Of a stretch of 64,000 nt of DNA, positions 21,351 through 31,501 are shown piece by piece; positions within the stretch are counted from its first letter, which is position 1; the number at the start of each line of letters is the position of its first letter. Source of the DNA: Candidatus Altimarinota bacterium (GTDB taxonomy: Bacteria; Patescibacteriota; Gracilibacteria; CAIRYL01); assembly GCA_965250085.1 (NCBI GenBank), contig OZ252287.1, forward strand, positions 96,001 to 160,000. The letters run 5' to 3'. Made by a program: the position numbers and the translations under genes. The notes below the pieces were generated by a model. The model made no database searches. It worked only from the letters and a program-made list of their open reading frames with translations, and was not told the origin of the DNA.

Positions 21351-21845
21351 ATGAAAAAAATTATTATTATTAATGGCTCGCGAAATGCAGGAAAAACTAC
21401 TGTTGGAACGATTGTCTCTGAGTCACTTGAAAAAACTGCATTCATCGATATAGATGTTATGAGAGACTTTGTTCCATTTCTTTTGTTGAAAGAAAGTATC
21501 CCTCTTAATTTGGAAAATGCTGTTTCGGTCGCCAGAAATATTCTTCAGAAAAACATGAATATTGTTATGGTATACCCTTTGTATCAGCATGAAAGAGATT
21601 TTTTAGAAGAGAATCTTCAGCAATCCAGTGTGAAAATATTCTTTTTTACCTTAAGGCCAAGCTTGGCAACAGCTCTTTCAAATAGAGGGAGAGCAATAAC
21701 TAAAGATGATAAAAAACGTATTCGTGAGATGTATGCTGAAGGTGGAGAATGCAATGGTAACCATTTGGGAATTGTAATTGATAATACAAAACTCTCTCCA
21801 AGAGAAACAGCAAGGGAAATCCTCCATCATATAGAACGGGAATAA
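21351..21845 (+). CDS. P-loop nucleotide-kinase-like protein
   Basis: IIINGSRNAGKTT Walker A motif and IDNTKLSP. Confidence 0.75.
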   Translation: MKKIIIINGSRNAGKTTVGTIVSESLEKTAFIDIDVMRDFVPFLLLKESIPLNLENAVSVARNILQKNMNIVMVYPLYQHERDFLEENLQQSSVKIFFFTLRPSLATALSNRGRAITKDDKKRIREMYAEGGECNGNHLGIVIDNTKLSPRETAREILHHIERE

Positions 21846-21924
21846 ATACTTAAGTTGTCTTTAATCTTTGCTCTTCTCTCATTTTCAGAGTAGATTTTTT
21901 ACTATGCTCATATGAAATCTTCTT

Positions 21925-22467
21925 ATGAAAAAATCATCTCATCTCCATCGAAAAAGAAATCGTTTACAGGGATACGATTATTCACAAAATGGATATTATT
22001 TTGTCACTACATGCACGAAAGGTCGCGTGCAATGGTTTGGTGAAATAAAAGATGATGAAATGCAATTGAGTCGATTTGGACAAATCGCCAAGAAACAATG
22101 GATGTGGCTACAAGATCAATATGATTCTGTGACATTGGATTCATTTGTAATTATGCCAAATCATGTACATGGAATTATCGTCATTGAAAATCAAGGTCAT
22201 GGTAGGGACAACTCTAGAGTTGTCCCTACGCGAGCTGTTCGTGATATGCCTACAGGTCGTCATAATCTCTTATCCAAAACCATAAACGCTTTCAAAACCA
22301 CATCATCAAAATTGATTCGTCAAAATGGTTGCCCTGAATTTATCTGGCAACGGTCGTTTCACGATCATATCATCCGAGATGAAACCGGACTCAATACTAT
22401 TCGTGAATACATCGAGTTTAATCCTTTGAAATGGACTCTAGACAAAGAAAATCCAGAGAATTTTTAA
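21925..22467 (+). CDS. REP-associated tyrosine transposase (RAYT, HUH/Y1 family)
   Basis: RLQGYDYSQNGYYFVT, VIMPNHVHGII (HUH), WQRSFHDHIIRDE and YIEFNPLKW. Confidence 0.9.
   Translation: MKKSSHLHRKRNRLQGYDYSQNGYYFVTTCTKGRVQWFGEIKDDEMQLSRFGQIAKKQWMWLQDQYDSVTLDSFVIMPNHVHGIIVIENQGHGRDNSRVVPTRAVRDMPTGRHNLLSKTINAFKTTSSKLIRQNGCPEFIWQRSFHDHIIRDETGLNTIREYIEFNPLKWTLDKENPENF
22202..22229. repeat. GTAG-headed perfect 28-bp palindrome (REP-like) inside the RAYT gene
   Basis: GTAGGGACAACTCTAGAGTTGTCCCTAC equals its own reverse complement. Confidence 0.85.
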
Positions 22468-22608
22468 CGCCGGGGTTTCTCCATCCCTTCGTTGGTTTTA
22501 GTCTTTTTGACTGCAACCTTAACTCGACCAAGTCAAAAAAACTAGGTCGAATGGACAGTCCTACGAGGACACATCACCGCATTCCCCCCCCCACAATTTT
22601 TGACACCC

Positions 22609-22641
22609 AAAACAAAACGGAGCAACCGAGACGATTGCTCC
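22609..22641 (-). terminator. Terminator of the cold-shock gene
   Basis: GGAGCAA...TTGCTCC stem followed on the minus strand by a U-rich tract. Confidence 0.55.
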
Positions 22642-22674
22642 AATAATGTAGTTAGAAGATGCTTAGAGAGTAGC

Positions 22675-22995
22675 TTATTCTTCGTCTCCAGCTTCTGAAG
22701 CTTCTTCAGAAGATTCAGCCTCTTCGGCTTTTTCCTCAGGCTCAGCTTCTTCTGCAGCTTCCTCATCGTCAGATGGAGCAGCGGCAGCAGGTGCGGCACC
22801 ACCACCTGCGGTGACGTTACCGGCTTTCATACCTCCTCGATCTGATGGAACTTCCTCAAAGGTGACCGTGTCACCCTCTCTGAGGTCGTTAAATTCACCA
22901 TTCATATCAGAAGCATGAAAGAACAGATCTTTGTCTGAACCTTCAACAGTAATGAAACCGAACCCATTTTTCAGGGTTTTAATAATTCCTTGCAT
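22675..22995 (-). CDS. Cold-shock domain protein with an acidic tail
   Basis: GFGFI (RNP1), DLFFHAS (RNP2) and LREGDTVTFE, followed by an Ala/Glu-rich tail. Confidence 0.93.
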   Translation of the reverse strand: MQGIIKTLKNGFGFITVEGSDKDLFFHASDMNGEFNDLREGDTVTFEEVPSDRGGMKAGNVTAGGGAAPAAAAPSDDEEAAEEAEPEEKAEEAESSEEASEAGDEE

Positions 22996-23113
22996 AAAAA
23001 AAGAAATAAAAGAATAAAATCTGCAAAATCAGGCTTTGCAGTAATATTTTTTTATTCCTACCACGCATGCTTTCGCGGAGCGCAGTGTATAGAAAAAACA
23101 AAAATAGCGCAAT

Positions 23114-24817
23114 CTATTTTTTTCCAAACTTTCTTCCTCCGCCACCAGTTGCTTTTTTCATCTCCACCGGTGTCCCCCAGAATTTTTGACGCTTGAAGCA
23201 ACTCAGGAGTGCTGATGCGTATCGTTCATCTGCATCAAATGCAGTAGAACTCTTTCCTACGCTGATCTTGCCGATCTCCACACCGCGAAGTTTGGATTGT
23301 TTGTTGATGAGCATAAAAAGATTCTTGGCATTAAAGCCTTTTTCAGAGCCAAAATTAATTTCAAAATGAGCAAAGTTTACATCCTGATTTCTGCGTCCTC
23401 CACCATCTCTTCTTTTGCCACCCCGATCTCGATGGCGATCTTGACTCTTCCCGCGCCCGTGTGATTTATATCCACCACCGCCACCGCGTAACTCCACATT
23501 GAGATCCGGTGCATTTTTGTACATTTCCAAAAAGCGATGAAACTCGATAGAAACCATGTGTTCTATGAGTTCTTCGCGACTGAGGGATTCGAGTTTTTTG
23601 TAGACCATTGGGAGAAAAGGAGCGATGCGCGCTTCATCCACTTTGCTCTTGCCCACTTTATCAATCAGGTGCAAAAGTTGCATTTCACAAATCTCTTTTC
23701 CGGTGGGAACCTTGACTTGCTGGAAGGGCCGGCCGATCTTTCGTTCCAATTGATGAATCTTGCCCACTTCTTTCATATGGATGATGGTGAGGGCAATTCC
23801 TTTTTTATTGGCCCGACCGGTACGTCCACTGCGGTGCAGATAGGATTCCAGCTGATCAGGGAGATTGTAGTTGATGACATGGGTGAGATCATTCACATCG
23901 ATTCCACGAGCGGCTACGTCGGTGGCGACAAGGATCTGAATCTGCTTTCTACGAAAGCGATTCATGACGTGTTCTCTTTGTTTTTGTTCAATGTCACCAT
24001 GGAGGGCATCGGCAGAGTAGTGATCACCCATGAGCTTGGTGGCGACCTCTTGGGTCTCACGACGTGTCCGGCAAAAGACGATGCCGTAAATATCAGGTGT
24101 CATATCGGCGATTCTTCGAAGGGCTTCATAGCGATCTTTTGCGTGCACCATGTAGTATTTGTGCTCCACATTTTCAGTACCAGTATTCCGTTTGCTCGCA
24201 CTTATTTGCTGGGTATCTCGCATATATTTTTTGGCAATCTGCTCCACGCTTGGGAGCATGGTGGCAGAAAAGAGCAGAGTTTGTTTCTTCTTTGGAGTCG
24301 TTCCCAAAATGGCATCCAGATCTTCTTTGAATCCCATATTGAGCATCTCATCGGCTTCATCAAGTACTAAGTATTGGATAGATTCGATGTTGAGTTTTTT
24401 CTTTCGGATGAAGTCATGCACGCGTCCAGGAGTTCCTACCACGATTTGACATCCTTTTTTGAGCGCCCTGAGCTGAATATCCATTCGCTCACCACCATAG
24501 ACCGGTACTATTGAGATATCAGGAAGATGCTTGGAAAACGCTTTGATGTCCTTAGTAATTTGTAAGCACAACTCACGAGTAGGACAGAGAATGATGGACT
24601 GTACATGTCTTGCCTGAGGATCAATTTGCTCCAAGATCGGCAGACTAAACGCTGCGGTCTTTCCGGTCCCTGTTTGTGCAAGAGCTATCAAGTCCTTTTG
24701 TGAAGAAAGGAGATAGGGGATTGTTTTTTCTTGAATTGTGGTAGGCGTTTCAAATTCAAGCTCTTCAAGAGCCAAGAGTATTTCCGAACGAAGCCCAATT
24801 GTTTTGAATGCGGTCAT
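23114..24817 (-). CDS. DEAD-box RNA helicase (DeaD/CshA-like) with a C-terminal RNA-binding domain
   Basis: AQTGTGKT, PTREL, DEAD, SAT, ARGID and HRSGRTGR. Confidence 0.96.
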   Translation of the reverse strand: MTAFKTIGLRSEILLALEELEFETPTTIQEKTIPYLLSSQKDLIALAQTGTGKTAAFSLPILEQIDPQARHVQSIILCPTRELCLQITKDIKAFSKHLPDISIVPVYGGERMDIQLRALKKGCQIVVGTPGRVHDFIRKKKLNIESIQYLVLDEADEMLNMGFKEDLDAILGTTPKKKQTLLFSATMLPSVEQIAKKYMRDTQQISASKRNTGTENVEHKYYMVHAKDRYEALRRIADMTPDIYGIVFCRTRRETQEVATKLMGDHYSADALHGDIEQKQREHVMNRFRRKQIQILVATDVAARGIDVNDLTHVINYNLPDQLESYLHRSGRTGRANKKGIALTIIHMKEVGKIHQLERKIGRPFQQVKVPTGKEICEMQLLHLIDKVGKSKVDEARIAPFLPMVYKKLESLSREELIEHMVSIEFHRFLEMYKNAPDLNVELRGGGGGYKSHGRGKSQDRHRDRGGKRRDGGGRRNQDVNFAHFEINFGSEKGFNAKNLFMLINKQSKLRGVEIGKISVGKSSTAFDADERYASALLSCFKRQKFWGTPVEMKKATGGGGRKFGKK

Positions 24818-24851
24818 GAAGAAAGAATGATCTAAAAGAATGGCGATTCAG
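24751..24851. repeat. Direct repeat copy 1 (101 bp; DEAD-box gene 5' end plus upstream DNA)
   Basis: Matches 26858-26958 with two mismatches. Confidence 0.92.
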
Positions 24852-25110
24852 GGTAGCGCGATATAAGATGCAGTGCAATGGGTTAGAGGCGATTGAAAGC
24901 ATGCAGTAATAGAGTGCTCACTCTATTTGGTCTGTTTTCAGAGTTAAAAAAATAAAAATTTCCTTAAAAAATACAAAAATACAAAGAAAAAAGACTTTTT
25001 TCTTATGAGAAAATAATTCTTCCCTGTATTATGCCTTCTCCTAAGCCTACACTGAAAACGACAGCAAAAGTGCATTATTCTCTCCTCCTTGCTCCTTATA
25101 TCTTCTTATT

Positions 25111-26847
25111 ATGAATCAAGAGAGTGCTTTGCAAATACTTAAATCGGGGAAAAATGTGTTTTTGACGGGTTCAGCTGGAGCAGGGAAGACGTATTTACTC
25201 AATCAATATATTGAATATCTGCGTGATCGTGGAGTTCCTCTCGCGATCACGGCTTCTACGGGTATTGCGGCTACGCATTTGGATGGGCAGACCATTCACT
25301 CATGGTCAGGGCTGGGGATCAAAGACGTACTTACGGATGCAGATCTCCAAAAAATTGCAAAGAAAAAACCACTGCGCAACAGACTTGAGAAAGTACAAGT
25401 CCTTGTTATTGACGAAATCTCGATGCTCTCAGGCCAAACACTCAGCTGTATTGACCAGATTTTGAGGTATTTCAAGACAAGTTTTAAACCGTTTGGGGGT
25501 ATTCAGGTGGTTTTCTCTGGAGACTTTTTTCAACTCCCCCCCGTTTCAAAAGAGCGCCTCAGCTCCCATGAAAAATTTGCTTTTATGGCTCCCATTTGGG
25601 TCAAAGCAGAATTACAAATCTGCTATCTGACGGATTCTTATCGTCACCAAAAAAATGCTTTGCTCGAACTCCTGAATGAAATCCGCAGTGGAGAAATAAG
25701 TGAAGCAAGCGCAGATATGCTCCAAGAAAAGCTCGTGTCTGCGCATGAAAACACAACAGAATCAGCTCTCAAACTCTTTACCCACAATGCGGATGTCGAC
25801 AAAATCAATAAAGTGCATCTGGCAAAACTGGACTCTGATGTTCAGCGTTTTACTGCAAAAACTATGGGAAATCGAAATTTGGTAGAAGCGCTTAAAAAAT
25901 CAACTCTTGCTCCCACAGATCTAGATCTCAAACAATATGCGCAGGTTATTTTTGTAAAAAACAATTATGAAATGGGATATCTCAATGGAACAATGGGAAC
26001 CGTCACTGATTTTGATGATGAGGGGTGGCCAATTGTGGAAACATTCTCAGGTGCTACTCTTGTGGCAAAACCCGTAGAATGGAGTATTGTCGATGAATCT
26101 AATATCGCTGTAGCGTCTTTTTCTCAAGTTCCTTTACGTCTAGCGTGGGCGATCACGGTACACAAGAGCCAGGGAATGACGCTTGATAGTGCCGAGATAG
26201 ACCTTTCTAAGACGTTCGAACAGGGGCAAGGATACGTGGCACTCTCGAGAGTAAAGACATGGGCAGATCTTACTTTGCTGGGATGTAACCAAAAAGCTTT
26301 GCAAATGGATCCTCTGGTGATGGTTGCGGACAAGCGATTTCAAGAACTCTCTTCTCATATTGATTCTGAGTTTCAGCAGAGCGATGCAAAAAAACTCCAA
26401 AAGAGTTTTGATGATTTTATTGAGCGCTCAGGAGGAACTTTGGATACGAAACTCATTGCTCAGAACCATAAGCGCAATGCACTCCCTCGAACAGTCGCCC
26501 CCAAGGCGCCCAAAGTTTCTACATATGAACAAACAAGGGTTTTGATTGTAGAAGGAAAAAATCTAGAGCAAATTGCTACGGCGCGGAATGTGACAACAAA
26601 CACTATTGTCTCCCATTTGGAAAAACTCAAATCTGAAAATTCTGACCTGGATATCACGCGATTTAAACCGGATACAAAGCTTTTGGATATCGTTATCGCA
26701 GCGATACAAAAATGCAAAAAAAACTCAATCGCAAAAGACTTTGATCAAGATGGACATCTCAAACTGGGATTGATCCACCGAGAGCTCAAAGGGAAGGTTG
26801 GGTATGATACAATCAGACTCTGTAGAGTGTTTGCGAAAAAGAGTTGA
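25111..26847 (+). CDS. Pif1-family SF1B helicase with a C-terminal HTH
   Basis: LTGSAGAGKT, ASTGIAA, IDEISML, GDFFQLPPV, LAWAITVHKSQGMTL and GQGYVALSRV; C-terminal LEQIATARNVTTNTIVSHL. Confidence 0.93.
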   Translation: MNQESALQILKSGKNVFLTGSAGAGKTYLLNQYIEYLRDRGVPLAITASTGIAATHLDGQTIHSWSGLGIKDVLTDADLQKIAKKKPLRNRLEKVQVLVIDEISMLSGQTLSCIDQILRYFKTSFKPFGGIQVVFSGDFFQLPPVSKERLSSHEKFAFMAPIWVKAELQICYLTDSYRHQKNALLELLNEIRSGEISEASADMLQEKLVSAHENTTESALKLFTHNADVDKINKVHLAKLDSDVQRFTAKTMGNRNLVEALKKSTLAPTDLDLKQYAQVIFVKNNYEMGYLNGTMGTVTDFDDEGWPIVETFSGATLVAKPVEWSIVDESNIAVASFSQVPLRLAWAITVHKSQGMTLDSAEIDLSKTFEQGQGYVALSRVKTWADLTLLGCNQKALQMDPLVMVADKRFQELSSHIDSEFQQSDAKKLQKSFDDFIERSGGTLDTKLIAQNHKRNALPRTVAPKAPKVSTYEQTRVLIVEGKNLEQIATARNVTTNTIVSHLEKLKSENSDLDITRFKPDTKLLDIVIAAIQKCKKNSIAKDFDQDGHLKLGLIHRELKGKVGYDTIRLCRVFAKKS

Positions 26848-26857
26848 AGTAGATTTA

Positions 26858-26958
26858 CAAATCCAAGCTCTTCAAGAGCCAAGAGTATTTCCGAACGAAG
26901 TCCAATTGTTTTGAATGCGGTCATGAAGAAAGAATGATCTAAAAGAATGGCGATTCAG
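26858..26958. repeat. Direct repeat copy 2 (truncated duplicate of the DEAD-box gene start)
   Basis: Encodes MTAFKTIGLRSEILLALEELGF on the minus strand and then diverges. Confidence 0.92.
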
Positions 26959-27093
26959 AGGAGTGCGGTATGGAGAGCAATACAACGCAGGAATATATTC
27001 CAAAACAATTTTTTCGAGAAATATTGACGTAATAAAAAGAATATACTACGCTACAATCTAATTTTATGCGTTCTCATTTCATGCATTCTTTGT

Positions 27094-28560
27094 ATGTCCG
27101 AAAAAAGTCCATTAGTTCACACATCCAGCCGTACTCAACATCCAGAAATAGTTATCGCGGCTCATCCTGGAGCGATGACCTCTTTGGGAAATACTCAGGA
27201 CACGGAAAAAGGACTCCTGGAGGGGAGAAGTGGTATACGTGAGTTTGACCCAACCGAAATTGCCAACATGCAACTTCAAGCTCAGGTTGCGGGTATGGAG
27301 GAGCAGACACTACTAGAAATAGCATGGAAATCAGGAGTAGGAGCTCTTGTTTCTCCTGAAGATGAAAATCTTTTTGAATATCCAAAATCCCTTCAACCTC
27401 CCAGAGGATCAAAACCAGCTCGGGCAGGGCGTTCTATTCGCTATGCTTATGCCGCTGCCAGGCAAGCATTGGCGATACTTCCGCCAGAATTATTTGATCC
27501 CGAAGGATATATTCATCCAGAGTATCAAGACAACACTATGATAGATGTGGGGATGGGAGCAGGAGTAGATATTGAAAACCTAGAGGGTGCGTATCTAGAG
27601 CTTCTAACCGGTGCTGATAAAGGAAAAGTACAAGGAAGATATGCAATTCCCACTTTTATGACAGGCACACTTGCAAACCTCGCCGCGGGACATATTGCAA
27701 ATGAATTTGGAATACGAGGAGGGACACAATCAACAAATGCAGCATGCGCTTCTTCGGGGCATGCTATGAAAAATTTGCACAATTCTCTTCTCACAGGTGA
27801 GGCTCAGATAGGAGTGGTCGTTGGCTCTGATGCAGCAGCAAGAACTGTGACAGGTGTCGTTTCCTTCGATTCTCTTATGGGCCCCCGAAGACAGGGGGCG
27901 CTTTCTCGGAATTGGAGAGACCATGGTGGCGCCACAAAAGCTCTTCGAGCCTTTGATGAGAGCAGAGATGGTTTTGTCCCAGGAGATGGAGCAGCAGCAT
28001 TTGTCATGATGAAACGTGAGCTTGCAGATACAGTACCGGTAGAATACCAAGCAATTGTACGTTCGATCGTACGAAACACTTGTAACCCACAGAGAGATGG
28101 AGGATCTCTCACGGGAGGGACTATTCAGGGACAAACAAATTGCCTTCGTCAGGCAGTAGAACAAGCTCGGCTTTCCGCTACGAACTTTACAGGGAGGCTC
28201 AATTTTATAGTTCATGGCACAGGGACACAGTTGGGGGCTGAAAATGAAATAGCGGGAATACGAGAAAATTTTGCAGACTTTCTAAATGATGAAAAGATAA
28301 TAATCACAGGAAACAAAGAGCAACTTGGGCACACACTCGGAGGAGCATTTGCCCTCAACGTGTTTCAAGCACTCATGGCAATGAAGAAGGAGCAGTGCTC
28401 AGGGCTTCCGGCTACAAGAAATATTGATCCAAAGTTTGTAGATGTTGCACAGGCAATTGCTCAGCAGAGTTTTTGTGTCTCAGGCGAAGATATGTATGGA
28501 GTAGCCGCTTATGGTTTTGGAGGTGTAAACGCTGTAGCAATCCTCGAACCAGCTCACTAG
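27094..28560 (+). CDS. Divergent FabF/FabB-like beta-ketoacyl synthase
   Basis: GRSGI, NAACASSG (catalytic Cys), RAFDESRDGFVPGDGAA, VHGTGT, KEQLGHTLGGA and FGFGG-like YGFGGVNA. Confidence 0.88.
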   Translation: MSEKSPLVHTSSRTQHPEIVIAAHPGAMTSLGNTQDTEKGLLEGRSGIREFDPTEIANMQLQAQVAGMEEQTLLEIAWKSGVGALVSPEDENLFEYPKSLQPPRGSKPARAGRSIRYAYAAARQALAILPPELFDPEGYIHPEYQDNTMIDVGMGAGVDIENLEGAYLELLTGADKGKVQGRYAIPTFMTGTLANLAAGHIANEFGIRGGTQSTNAACASSGHAMKNLHNSLLTGEAQIGVVVGSDAAARTVTGVVSFDSLMGPRRQGALSRNWRDHGGATKALRAFDESRDGFVPGDGAAAFVMMKRELADTVPVEYQAIVRSIVRNTCNPQRDGGSLTGGTIQGQTNCLRQAVEQARLSATNFTGRLNFIVHGTGTQLGAENEIAGIRENFADFLNDEKIIITGNKEQLGHTLGGAFALNVFQALMAMKKEQCSGLPATRNIDPKFVDVAQAIAQQSFCVSGEDMYGVAAYGFGGVNAVAILEPAH

Positions 28561-28590
28561 AGATATTTCTTTTTTAAAAATCATCGCATA

Positions 28591-30141
28591 GTGCAGTCGA
28601 CAGAAAAATCAGCAGCAGAAACAGTACCTTCAGAGCTCGAACAGGCTCGAAATCTCCCAACGGATAAATTTTTGCAAAGATATAGGAATGTTTTGAGTGA
28701 TGTGTTTCAGGCTGGCGAACCTGATATTCATAACACATTCCTTTCAGCAGAAAATTGGAAAAAACTTGTGCAAGCCGGTGCACTTTTGCCAGCTATTGCT
28801 CAAGAAAGAGGAGGAAGAGCCGATAGCACATTAGAATTTCTGAGTATTCATACAGAAGCTTCCAGATACTCTTTGCCACTGAGCCTTTATCTCGGAATTG
28901 TAAATGCCTTGTTTTTAAGGAATCTGAGGAAATATGGAAGTGGAGAGACTCAAGATGAAATTTTTCCAAAGTTTCACCAAGGGGCTACTGGTGGCCTTGC
29001 AGTGAGTGAGCCGGGATATGGTACTGAAGCTTTTAATATGCAAACTTCGTATAGAGAGATTCCAAAAGGAGGATATCGTATTTCAGGGGAAAAACACTGG
29101 CAGGGATTGAGTGGTTCAGCAGATTATTGGCTTGTGGCGGCAAGAGAAAAAGATAAAAACGGAGACTTGTCACGACACCCCGACCTCTTTTTTTGTAGAG
29201 AAGGGCTTAGATTAGAAAGGAACTATGAAACAAGTGGCCTCAAAATGATCCCCTATGGGAGAAGTGCGATAGATGTGGTCACACGAGAAACACGGAGAGC
29301 TCTTCCAGATTCTACAAAAATTGCAATGTGGCAAGACATCTTCCTATCGAGTAGAGTCGGATTTCCGGCAATGACGCTTGGTTTTTTGGAGCAAAACTTT
29401 GATAAAGCACAAGAGCATTGCTCCCGAAGACCTATGGGGAACGATCATTTGATTAATTTTGATCAGGTTCAAAGTCGTTTGGCGAAAATGCAAGCATACG
29501 AAACAATTTGTAGAGCAATGGTCTCTCATACCGCAAAAAATATAAAATTAGATGATGTTTTAGACCAAGGAAACAGATTTGAAGTCGCAAAACAATCGAT
29601 CAGAGCAAATGCTCATAAAGCACTCATTACTGAATATATGGCTGAATCCGCAAGGCACGGAAGAATTTTGCAGGGCGGAATGGGATTTGAAACAAGTAAT
29701 TATTTTTCCAGAGCCATGGAAGACAGTTGGCCATTTCAGATATTTGAAGGCCCAAATGATACTCTGTACTCCCAAATTTCTACCTCACTTGCAACCCTGA
29801 TAAAAACAAGAAAACACGAAAGTGTTGCTGATCTTTTGAAAAATTTTGATCTCACAAAAGAAGTCGCTGGTAAATTTACCAAACTTTTTGACTTCACATT
29901 TGACAGAAAAAGAACTCCTCAACGAAAGCTGGTGCTCCTCGGTCAAGCTATGGCAAGGATAATTGCTTTTCAATACTTAGAAGAAATGGGGTCACTAGAT
30001 CCCAAACAACAACCATATGTTCACAATGCACAAATGCTTTTGTACATGGAAATAGAGGAAATTCTCGGAAATTATAAAAGCGAAAAATTTCTGGAGACCG
30101 TCGAAGGAGTTCGTGAGCAATGGCAAAATATTTTTCTCTAA
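28591..30141 (+). CDS. Acyl-CoA dehydrogenase family protein
   Basis: GGLAVSEPGYGTEA, ISGEKHWQG, QVQSRLAKM, GGMGF and IFEGPND. Confidence 0.85.
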   Translation: MQSTEKSAAETVPSELEQARNLPTDKFLQRYRNVLSDVFQAGEPDIHNTFLSAENWKKLVQAGALLPAIAQERGGRADSTLEFLSIHTEASRYSLPLSLYLGIVNALFLRNLRKYGSGETQDEIFPKFHQGATGGLAVSEPGYGTEAFNMQTSYREIPKGGYRISGEKHWQGLSGSADYWLVAAREKDKNGDLSRHPDLFFCREGLRLERNYETSGLKMIPYGRSAIDVVTRETRRALPDSTKIAMWQDIFLSSRVGFPAMTLGFLEQNFDKAQEHCSRRPMGNDHLINFDQVQSRLAKMQAYETICRAMVSHTAKNIKLDDVLDQGNRFEVAKQSIRANAHKALITEYMAESARHGRILQGGMGFETSNYFSRAMEDSWPFQIFEGPNDTLYSQISTSLATLIKTRKHESVADLLKNFDLTKEVAGKFTKLFDFTFDRKRTPQRKLVLLGQAMARIIAFQYLEEMGSLDPKQQPYVHNAQMLLYMEIEEILGNYKSEKFLETVEGVREQWQNIFL

Positions 30142-30172
30142 AAAAAAGCAGAGAACTCTGTGCAGAGCTATT

Positions 30173-30577
30173 TTATTCTGTCACCACAAACGAGCCAACC
30201 ATCCCCAGTTCGCGATGTGAACCGATACTGCAATAAAACTCATATGTTTTTCCGGCACTGTCTGTAGGTACTTCAAATTCGAGAATTTCTTCTTCTCCTG
30301 CCCGGAGTCGAGAACTTTCCACTCCCAGTTCATCGAGATCAAAATCATGAGTTCCTTCTACATTGACCAACTTGATGCGAATGGTCGATCCTGCTTTGGC
30401 TTCGATAATATTGGGTTCGTAATAAAAGTTTCCCAGCTCCAGAGTGTAGTCAACTCCTCCTTCTTCTTGCTGAGCATCTGTGGAGAGGTCTTTCACTCCT
30501 TGTTCTTGAGGAGTCTGTGACACATGCGAACATCCGGCTAAAAAAAGGGACAAGAGAAAAATTTTGAGTGATTTCAT
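30173..30577 (-). CDS. Cupredoxin-domain lipoprotein
   Basis: Lipobox LFLAGC; type-1 copper ligands GTHDF and YCSIGSHRELGM. Confidence 0.88.
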   Translation of the reverse strand: MKSLKIFLLSLFLAGCSHVSQTPQEQGVKDLSTDAQQEEGGVDYTLELGNFYYEPNIIEAKAGSTIRIKLVNVEGTHDFDLDELGVESSRLRAGEEEILEFEVPTDSAGKTYEFYCSIGSHRELGMVGSFVVTE

Positions 30578-30735
30578 ATTGAGAGTAAAAAAATAAGTAC
30601 AAAAATTGTATTGTTTTTCTATAGAAAAAAGCAAATAAAGAAAAAAATACTAAAAACTGAAAGCGAGGAATTGAATCTTTTTTACGAAAATAGTTTTTTC
30701 TTTGCTACAATACACATGATTTTTTCTCAAAGAGT

Positions 30736-31431
30736 ATGTACACCCTTGTTGTCGTTCGTCATGGAGAGAGCACATGGAATAAGCTCAATCAATTTACCGG
30801 ATGGACAGATGTGCCGTTAAGTGAAAAAGGAGTGAAGGAAGCGAAAACTGGCGGAAGACTTCTTCAAGAAAAAGGATTTGAGTTTGATTTTTGCTACACT
30901 TCATATCTCAAGAGAGCCGTTCATACATTAGATTTGATTTTGGATGAGATGGATCTCAGTTGGCTCCCTGTAGAAAAAACATGGAGGCTCAATGAAAGAT
31001 GCTATGGAGCGCTACAAGGACTCAATAAGGCAGAGATGGCAGAGAAGCACGGGAAAGAGCAGGTGCACATTTGGCGAAGGAGCTATGCCACTCCTCCTCC
31101 TGCGCTGACCGAAGATGACGAGAGATATCCAGGGAATGATAGGCGCTACGCGGATCTTTCCAAAGATCAAGTTCCATTTACAGAAAGTCTTGCAGACACC
31201 GTTGAGAGAATGCTCCCATTTATTGAAAACACTCTTTTTCCAATAATTCGATCTGGAAAGAGAGTTCTTGTTTCTGCTCATGGAAACAGCCTTCGGGCAC
31301 TTGTGAAGTACTTGGAGAATATTTCTGACACAGATATTCCGGGGGTAGAAATTCCTACAGGTATTCCCCTTGTCTATGAATTGCACAAGAATCTTGAGCC
31401 AATCAATAAATACTATTTGAAAGAAGAATAA
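30736..31431 (+). CDS. gpmA: 2,3-bisphosphoglycerate-dependent phosphoglycerate mutase
   Basis: [28 protein letters not shown] and AHGNSLRAL. Confidence 0.97.
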   Translation: MYTLVVVRHGESTWNKLNQFTGWTDVPLSEKGVKEAKTGGRLLQEKGFEFDFCYTSYLKRAVHTLDLILDEMDLSWLPVEKTWRLNERCYGALQGLNKAEMAEKHGKEQVHIWRRSYATPPPALTEDDERYPGNDRRYADLSKDQVPFTESLADTVERMLPFIENTLFPIIRSGKRVLVSAHGNSLRALVKYLENISDTDIPGVEIPTGIPLVYELHKNLEPINKYYLKEE

Positions 31432-31501
31432 CAAGCGGGAGAAAAAATTTCACAAAAGGACTCTTTGTCTCTACAATGGGACGACAAAATAATTCTTTTT
31501 T

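Noticed and set aside
23537-24370. 277-aa ORF antisense to the DEAD-box helicase
   Set aside because: Shadow ORF opposite a conserved gene with no motifs of its own; the same applies to 43097-43846, 19395-19970 and similar ORFs.
19515-24817. Higher GC in typA and the DEAD-box gene as a horizontally acquired island
   Set aside because: The shift is modest, judged by eye, and confined to conserved genes where codon usage could explain it.
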